Assembly (NCBI GenBank): GCA_015163875.1
Contig: JAAOIH010000001.1
Coordinates: forward strand, 17,641-81,640
Direction: 5' to 3'
DNA from: Bdellovibrionales bacterium
Lineage (GTDB): Bacteria; Bdellovibrionota; Bdellovibrionia; Bdellovibrionales; UBA1609
Length of the DNA stretch: 64,000 nucleotides
Below the pieces are notes generated by a model. That model worked only from the letters and a program-made list of their open reading frames with translations. It had not been told where the DNA came from and ran no database searches. Made by a program: the position numbers and the translations under genes. Shown here piece after piece: positions 58,390 through 64,000 of this stretch (the first letter of the stretch is position 1; each line of letters begins with the position of its first letter).

Positions 58390-58399
58390 AGGTTAAGCA

Positions 58400-58756
58400 A
58401 TGTATGCAGTTATAAAAACAGGTGGAAAGCAATATAAAGTTCAAGCTGGCGAGTCAGTTTGGGTAGAAAAAATAGAATCTGATGAGGGAACTCCCTGTAA
58501 ATTTGAAACATTATTAGTTTCTGTAAAAGGAGAGGTTTTTGTAGGAAGCCCAACTTTAAAAGATTCTAGTGTTAGTGCAGAAATTCGTCGCCACTTTAAA
58601 GCTCCTAAAATTTTAGTATTTAAAAAGAAAAGAAGACAAGGCTACCGAAGACTAAATGGCCACAGGCAGCCTATGACCGAGTTATTTATAAAAGAAATTA
58701 CTTCTCCTAACGGTGAAGTTGAAAAAGCAAAAAAGAAAGCTGTAAAAAAAGCTTAA
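58400..58756 (+). CDS. rplU: 50S ribosomal protein L21
   Basis: MYAVIKTGGKQYKV N-terminus, with lysine-rich C-terminal extension. Confidence 0.95.
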   Translation: MYAVIKTGGKQYKVQAGESVWVEKIESDEGTPCKFETLLVSVKGEVFVGSPTLKDSSVSAEIRRHFKAPKILVFKKKRRQGYRRLNGHRQPMTELFIKEITSPNGEVEKAKKKAVKKA

Positions 58757-58770
58757 GCAAGGGAGTTTAA

Positions 58771-59049
58771 ATGGCATCAAAGAAAGCCTCAGGCAGTACC
58801 CGAAATGGTCGTGATTCACAAAGCAAACGCTTAGGTGTAAAAAAGTTTGGCGGCCAACATGTAAAACCCGGAATGATTTTAATTAGACAGCGTGGAACTA
58901 AAGTATTACAAGGCGCAAATGTAAAAATGGGCCGTGATCATACTCTGTATTCTATTATTGATGGTCGAGTACAATTTGAGAGAGTTACAAAAACTAAGTT
59001 ACGCATTTGTGTATATCCAAAAGATCAATTTAAAAAAGCAGTAGCTTAA
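58771..59049 (+). CDS. rpmA: 50S ribosomal protein L27
   Basis: [27 protein letters not shown]...IRQRGTK is canonical L27. Confidence 0.97.
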   Translation: MASKKASGSTRNGRDSQSKRLGVKKFGGQHVKPGMILIRQRGTKVLQGANVKMGRDHTLYSIIDGRVQFERVTKTKLRICVYPKDQFKKAVA

Positions 59050-59069
59050 AAAAGTTTTTAATTATTTAA

Positions 59070-60080
59070 ATGTCCTTTATTGACGAAGTAAGCATTAATG
59101 TAGCCTCCGGCTCTGGCGGCTCAGGTGCGGTAAGTTTTCGCAGAGAAAAACATGTTCCGCGAGGTGGCCCCGATGGAGGTGACGGCGGGCGAGGCGGCGA
59201 TGTTATTTTTTCTGTTGATTATAATATGCGGTCGTTACTAAATTATAGATTTACAAAATTTTATTCTGCAGACTCAGGCGGAAAAGGCGAAGGACAGCAC
59301 AGCCAAGGCTCTGATGGAAAAAATTTAATTTTAGAAGTACCTCCAGGAACTTTAGTTAAAGATAAAAACGGCAGAATTTTAGTAGACCTAAGCGATCAAT
59401 CTAATGTTGTTTTATTGGGAGGTGGTCGAGGCGGAAAAGGAAATTCTTTTTTTAAAACAAGTGTTAATCAAGCCCCAAGACATTCTCAACCTGGCGAACC
59501 AGGAGGGTCTTTACAAATTACTTTAGAGTTAAAATTAATTGCAGATGTTGGTTTACTTGGTTTTCCAAATGCAGGAAAATCCACTTTTTTATCGGTTGTA
59601 TCAAAAGCTAAACCAAAAATTGCAGACTACCCATTTACAACTTTAAAACCACAGTTGGGAGTTGTCGGGTGGAGAGAAAAATCTTTTGTATTAGCAGATA
59701 TTCCAGGATTAATAGAAGAAGCAGCACAGGGAAAAGGATTAGGATTTCAATTTTTAAGACATGTAGAAAGAAACCAAGTTTTACTACACTTAATTGATGT
59801 TAGCGAATTTGCAGAAAGGCAAGCTTGGGAGGCCTACCAATCTTTAAATAAAGAGCTATTAGATTACGATAAATTACAAAAAACTAAAAACATAGAGCAC
59901 AAAAATTTAAGCAGTCGCCCACAAATTATTGTATTTAGTAAAGTTGATTTATCTACTAATTTAGAAGAATTAAAAAAACCATTTTTAGAAAAAAATTTAT
60001 TAATATTTGAAATATCCTCTATGACAAGATTAGGTGTGCAAAAATTATTAGATCACATTGCAGAAGTTTTAGAGTTGTAA
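59070..60080 (+). CDS. obg: GTPase Obg/CgtA
   Basis: FIDEV...GGSGAVSFRREK, glycine-rich Obg fold, G1 GFPNAGKST, G3 DIPGLIE. Confidence 0.95.
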   Translation: MSFIDEVSINVASGSGGSGAVSFRREKHVPRGGPDGGDGGRGGDVIFSVDYNMRSLLNYRFTKFYSADSGGKGEGQHSQGSDGKNLILEVPPGTLVKDKNGRILVDLSDQSNVVLLGGGRGGKGNSFFKTSVNQAPRHSQPGEPGGSLQITLELKLIADVGLLGFPNAGKSTFLSVVSKAKPKIADYPFTTLKPQLGVVGWREKSFVLADIPGLIEEAAQGKGLGFQFLRHVERNQVLLHLIDVSEFAERQAWEAYQSLNKELLDYDKLQKTKNIEHKNLSSRPQIIVFSKVDLSTNLEELKKPFLEKNLLIFEISSMTRLGVQKLLDHIAEVLEL

Positions 60081-60095
60081 AAAAAGGGAATACTT

Positions 60096-61127
60096 ATGAA
60101 TAAAAAAAATATTGGTATTTTTGGAGGAGCATTTAACCCTCCACATGATGGACATTTACAAAGCTTAAAACATGTCAAAAAAGTACTGGAGCTAAATAAA
60201 TTATGTGCAGTGCCTTATTATAAAAGTCCACATGGAAAATCTTTAAGTAACGCACTTCCAACAGACAGATTAAATATGTTGTCGTTAATGTTGTCTAAAG
60301 AAAAAAATATACAGCCAGAAGCTTTTGAAATAAAACAAAAAAATATTAGCTATACTTATTTGACTATCGAAGAATTTAAAAAAAATCATTTAAATGATAA
60401 TTTATTTTTAATTATGGGCGTAGATACTTTCGAAAATTTTAGTTCTTGGAAAAATTTTGAAAAAATTATAACACAAGCAAATATAGTTATTACAACAAGG
60501 TCTGGAGTTTCTATTCAAGATTTAAAAGATTATATTCCATCAGAATTAAAAGCATACATAATGGAGGATGTTTTAAAGGCATTTAAAACCTCCACAAAAA
60601 AAATAAAAAAAATATTACTTGCTACAGAAAAATATTTATATTTTGTAGAGGTGCCATCGGTGTTTGTTTCGTCTACAGAATTAAGAACTTTAATTTCTGA
60701 TAAAAAATCTTGCCCAGAGCATTTACATAAAAATGTTTTTTCTTATATTCAAGAACATAATTTATATTTAGACAAATACAGAGCCGTGACTGACGCAAGA
60801 GCTTTTACTGTTTTTTGTTCTAAATTTTTATCAGAGCAGGGAGGGGTTGGAACTTTAGCCTTTAATTTAACAGAAGAAAACAGCTTGTCTGATTTTTCGT
60901 TAATTACATCAGCAGATAATAATAAAAAAGTAAGTTTTTTGGCAGAAAGTTTAATTAGGTCAGTTGTTGAAAATTATAGTGTTAAGCCTCAGCATGTAGA
61001 GGGCCTAGACGACGGAAGATGGGTTATTTTAGATTACGGTTTTTTAATTATTCATTTATTCCACGAGCCGATGCGAGGAAAGTATTATATGGAAGAGCTG
61101 TGGAAGGATTGCAAAGAAGTTGTATAG
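60096..61127 (+). CDS. nadD: fusion protein: nicotinate-nucleotide adenylyltransferase NadD (N-terminal about 225 aa) plus ribosome silencing factor RsfS (C-terminal about 115 aa)
   Basis: GIFGGAFNPPHDGHL and SSTELR (NadD). C-terminal DFSLITSADNNKKVSFLAESLI...GRWVILDYGFLIIHLFHEPMRGKYYMEELW (RsfS/iojap). One uninterrupted ORF. Confidence 0.85.
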   Translation: MNKKNIGIFGGAFNPPHDGHLQSLKHVKKVLELNKLCAVPYYKSPHGKSLSNALPTDRLNMLSLMLSKEKNIQPEAFEIKQKNISYTYLTIEEFKKNHLNDNLFLIMGVDTFENFSSWKNFEKIITQANIVITTRSGVSIQDLKDYIPSELKAYIMEDVLKAFKTSTKKIKKILLATEKYLYFVEVPSVFVSSTELRTLISDKKSCPEHLHKNVFSYIQEHNLYLDKYRAVTDARAFTVFCSKFLSEQGGVGTLAFNLTEENSLSDFSLITSADNNKKVSFLAESLIRSVVENYSVKPQHVEGLDDGRWVILDYGFLIIHLFHEPMRGKYYMEELWKDCKEVV

Positions 61128-61151
61128 GTAAAATTTTTGCATTCATAGTAA

Positions 61152-61793
61152 ATGCTTAAATCTCTTTTTGTAAAATTACTGTCTATACTTAGACATTGTC
61201 CGATTTGCGGTCAATTTTATTTTTCTGTTAATTTTACATGCAAGTCTTGTAACCAAAAATTATTTGGCAGCATTAATTTTTCTAAAGCAGAGGTAAATTT
61301 GCCATTTCCAGTATATAGTTTGTGGACATGGGGTAAGTTAGATTATTTTCTTTCTTTTTTATTATATTCATTAAAGGGGAGTGGCAATTCTTTTTTTTAT
61401 AAAAAAGTTGCAGAAGAATGTTTTTTTCAGCCTGTTTTATTAAAAAAAGAATTAATTTATATACCAGCAGCTAGTAGATCTAAATATTTAGATCACTCTG
61501 GATATTTTGCAAAAGCATTAGCTGATAAATGTTCTTCAAAATTTTTAAATATTCTTTGTAGAAAAAAAAATAAAAAACAAAAACGATTATCAAGAATGGA
61601 TAGATTAAAAAATTCTACAAGTTTAAAAAATACTATATCTAGCCAAGATTTAAAAAGCATTGGTAATAAAAATATTATTTTTGTTGACGATGTACTAACT
61701 ACAGGAGGCACAGCATTATCGGCCTACAAAGCTCTTGGTTGTCCAAAATTTTTTAAAGTTTTAGTTCTGGCCTACAGACCTAAAATTAGATAA
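61152..61793 (+). CDS. comF: ComF-family phosphoribosyltransferase
   Basis: N-terminal 4-Cys finger (CPICGQ...CKSC). C-terminal PRTase motif IIFVDDVLTTGGT. Confidence 0.7.
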   Translation: MLKSLFVKLLSILRHCPICGQFYFSVNFTCKSCNQKLFGSINFSKAEVNLPFPVYSLWTWGKLDYFLSFLLYSLKGSGNSFFYKKVAEECFFQPVLLKKELIYIPAASRSKYLDHSGYFAKALADKCSSKFLNILCRKKNKKQKRLSRMDRLKNSTSLKNTISSQDLKSIGNKNIIFVDDVLTTGGTALSAYKALGCPKFFKVLVLAYRPKIR

Positions 61794-61802
61794 GCTTTTA
61801 AA

Positions 61803-62432
61803 ATGTTTATAAAGCTTACTCTATTTTGTTTTATTTTTTTTATTGCAGAGCTTGCAGAAGTAAAAACTTTATCTACATTAGAAAAAGTTTTAAACTCTTA
61901 TGTAAAATCTAGTGGTTTAAAAATTTATTTATTAAAAAAAGAAGCCCAGACTTTATTGGGAACTAAATCTACACATAAAGCATATTTATATGTTAAGTAT
62001 AAAAAAATAAAATTAAGTTATTTAAAGCCTAAAAAAGTAGATATTATTTTTAATAAAAAAGATTTGTGGATAATTAATAAAAAATCTATTAAATATACTA
62101 ATAAAAAATCTTTGTGGTCACAAATCCCAATAATTCAATTATTTAGTTTAAATTTAGATTTAAAAAATTATTTTTTTATTAGGTGGAAAGAAGACAAAGC
62201 TGGCGTTAGAACTTACAGATTAAGGGCAAGACTTGCGTCTTTAAAAAATAAAATTAAAGATTTTAAGATAGTAATTAATATTTTAACTAAACAAATTATA
62301 AAAATTTCTTACAAAGACGACATAGACAACAAAATGGAATACAAATTTTTAAAAACAAAATTTAAACAAAAAATAAAAGACAGTTTTTTTAATTTTAAAC
62401 CTAAAAAAACAGACAGAGTTATTAATTTATAA
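61803..62432 (+). CDS. LolA-like periplasmic protein (tentative)
   Basis: Signal peptide, about 200 aa beta-rich, C-terminal FNFKPKKTDRVINL resembles the LolA tail (FxFxPPxGxxVID). Weak. Confidence 0.4.
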   Translation: MFIKLTLFCFIFFIAELAEVKTLSTLEKVLNSYVKSSGLKIYLLKKEAQTLLGTKSTHKAYLYVKYKKIKLSYLKPKKVDIIFNKKDLWIINKKSIKYTNKKSLWSQIPIIQLFSLNLDLKNYFFIRWKEDKAGVRTYRLRARLASLKNKIKDFKIVINILTKQIIKISYKDDIDNKMEYKFLKTKFKQKIKDSFFNFKPKKTDRVINL

Positions 62433-62497
62433 AAACACAAAAAATTACTAATTTATAAAAAACTTTTTACTAAAAGGTAATTATTAAAATACAATAT

Positions 62498-63487
62498 CTA
62501 GCCATGGCCGCCCATTAAAAATTTTTCGTGCCTAGTGTCTAGCAGAGGAGTGTCTATTGATGTAAAAAACTCTTCTACACTGTCTAATAGTTCTGATTTT
62601 TCTTTTATTTGAAATATTTTTTGTCTAAAATCTGTGGAGTTTTTGTATCCGGCTGAGTACCATGCAGATAATTTTTTTATTTGTAGTAATTGAATTCTTT
62701 CTTCATATTTTAAAAAATGTCCCGTAAGAGTTTTAAATAACATTTTAAAATCTCTGGGAACAATTTTATTTTTAGATGCCTCTAAAAATATCCAAGGATT
62801 TTTTAAACAACCGCGACCTATCATTACAGCATCGCAGCCTGATGTTTTTAAATTATTAACAGCATCTTTATAAGTATGTATGTCTCCATTTCCAATAATT
62901 GGTATTGGGCTGTGCTCTTTAACTTTTTTTATATAATCCCAATCTGCTAATCCAGAGTAACCTTGCGCTCTTGTTCTGCCGTGTATACTTATCCAAGTTA
63001 AGCCTTCGTTGTATGCTAAAGTTGCAACCTCTAAAGCATTTTTACTTTCAGAATCCCACCCAGTTCTAATTTTTGCAGTCACGGGTATGTTTACAGACTT
63101 TTTAATACAAGAAAAAATATTAGCCAGAGTTTTTAAATCTTTTAACAGGGCAGACCCAGCTCCTTTTTTTACAACTTTATTAACAGGGCAACCAAGATTT
63201 ATATCTACAAAACTTGCGCCAAGGTCTTCTATATATTTTGAAGCATATTCTAAATTTTTTAAATCAGTGCCAAATAATTGCACTCCAACTGGTTGCTGCT
63301 TGCTACTGAATTCCATTAATTTTTTTGTTTTTTCGCTATTAAATTGCAAGCCAGTTGCAGAGGTTAGCTCTGTGGTGATTATTCCGCAGCCCATTTCTTT
63401 CATAAATGATCTAAAGGGGCTGTCTGTAATTCCAGCCATAGGGGCTAATACAAAAGGATTTTTATAAAGCTCTTTTAATAGGTCCAT
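62498..63487 (-). CDS. dusB: tRNA-dihydrouridine synthase (DusB-like)
   Basis: LAPMAGITDSPFR, DINLGCP (catalytic Cys), HGRTR motifs. Confidence 0.9.
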   Translation of the reverse strand: MDLLKELYKNPFVLAPMAGITDSPFRSFMKEMGCGIITTELTSATGLQFNSEKTKKLMEFSSKQQPVGVQLFGTDLKNLEYASKYIEDLGASFVDINLGCPVNKVVKKGAGSALLKDLKTLANIFSCIKKSVNIPVTAKIRTGWDSESKNALEVATLAYNEGLTWISIHGRTRAQGYSGLADWDYIKKVKEHSPIPIIGNGDIHTYKDAVNNLKTSGCDAVMIGRGCLKNPWIFLEASKNKIVPRDFKMLFKTLTGHFLKYEERIQLLQIKKLSAWYSAGYKNSTDFRQKIFQIKEKSELLDSVEEFFTSIDTPLLDTRHEKFLMGGHG

Positions 63488-63530
63488 TAAATGATTAAAG
63501 CACCAAATTTTAAAAAAAGTCCACCCATTC

Positions 63531-63640
63531 TAACTTAACAAGTAAAACCTCTTCTAAAATGGCAGATGTTTTAACCTAACAAGTAAAACTATTTTAAAAT
63601 ACCAACTATTTTAATTGCCAAGTAAAATTTCTTCCAAAAG
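63531..63640. repeat. three degenerate tandem units (period about 40 nt) sharing (C)AAGTAAAA...T(C/T)TTC(T/C)AAAA
   Basis: Units at 63531-63560, 63571-63600 and 63609-63640. The third is the 3' end of CDS 63611-63988. Confidence 0.7.
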
Positions 63641-63988
63641 CCCGCCAGATATAGTGTTAAATTCTTCATAAGAGTTAAGGTCTTGTAATTGTATCAGATC
63701 TTTATTTTGTATTAAAGCCTTTAACTCTATTGGAATTTGCCCTGTATTTTTAAAGTATATTCCATATTGTTTTTTGTTATTGTATATTTTATATAAAATA
63801 GTCTGCAGTAAAACAGCATGTTTAAAATTAGCGTTTTTGTTTAAATTATTAATTTTTTTTAAACTGTCTTTTTGGCTTATATTTAATGTTAAAATAGATT
63901 TAGCATGGGCAAAGCTTTCTTCGCCTAAAAATAATTTAATTTCGCCAAGAACTTTATAAATAAATTGTTCGCTTAAAATTGCTGTCAT
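63611..63988 (-). CDS. hypothetical protein
   Basis: Intact 125-aa ORF with no recognised motif. Its 3' end is the first unit of a degenerate tandem repeat. Confidence 0.3.
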   Translation of the reverse strand: MTAILSEQFIYKVLGEIKLFLGEESFAHAKSILTLNISQKDSLKKINNLNKNANFKHAVLLQTILYKIYNNKKQYGIYFKNTGQIPIELKALIQNKDLIQLQDLNSYEEFNTISGGLLEEILLGN

Positions 63989-64000
63989 TTGTGTTTGTAT

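Overview
AT-rich (roughly 30% GC by eye) Gram-negative bacterial chromosome segment, densely coded and mostly core housekeeping in an origin-proximal layout. Lineage cannot be fixed from sequence alone; the parB-bactofilin linkage, LpoA-like and LolA-like genes suggest a proteobacteria-like group, possibly Bdellovibrionota/Oligoflexia-like. Gene order: (yidD)-yidC-jag-mnmE-mnmG, rlmI-like, rsmG-parA-parB-bactofilin, ATP synthase b'/b/delta/alpha/gamma/beta/epsilon, a LysM-OMP, mfd, a nuoA-H-J-K-L-M-N block, patatin, lon, lpoA-like/grpE/hemW, tatAC, a four-gene RiPP-type operon, a three-gene acyl-CoA carboxylase, rlmH, aphA, asnS, deoC, rng, a nitrogen block (glnII, STAS, amt, RsbW-like kinase, receiver-PP2C, LivJ-like SBP, histidine kinase), rplU-rpmA-obg-nadD/rsfS, comF, lolA-like and dus. 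I recognised no rRNA, tRNA, CRISPR array, IS element or prophage. Main items: (1) a DUF2282/DUF692(MNIO)/DUF2063/DoxX operon at 37.5-39.9 kb, matching the recently described bufferin-type periplasmic RiPP family. (2) Its MNIO gene carries one in-frame TAA at a T/A homopolymer junction, cutting off the conserved GIGLR N-terminus. (3) A sigma-less partner-switching module is wrapped around an ammonium transporter next to a type II glutamine synthetase, with no glnK in the window. (4) The nuo operon encodes only membrane-arm subunits. (5) nadD and rsfS are fused. (6) A variant parS is present in two identical copies. (7) The ATP synthase epsilon subunit lacks its C-terminal domain. All calls rest on reading the supplied translations and DNA by eye; no searches were run.
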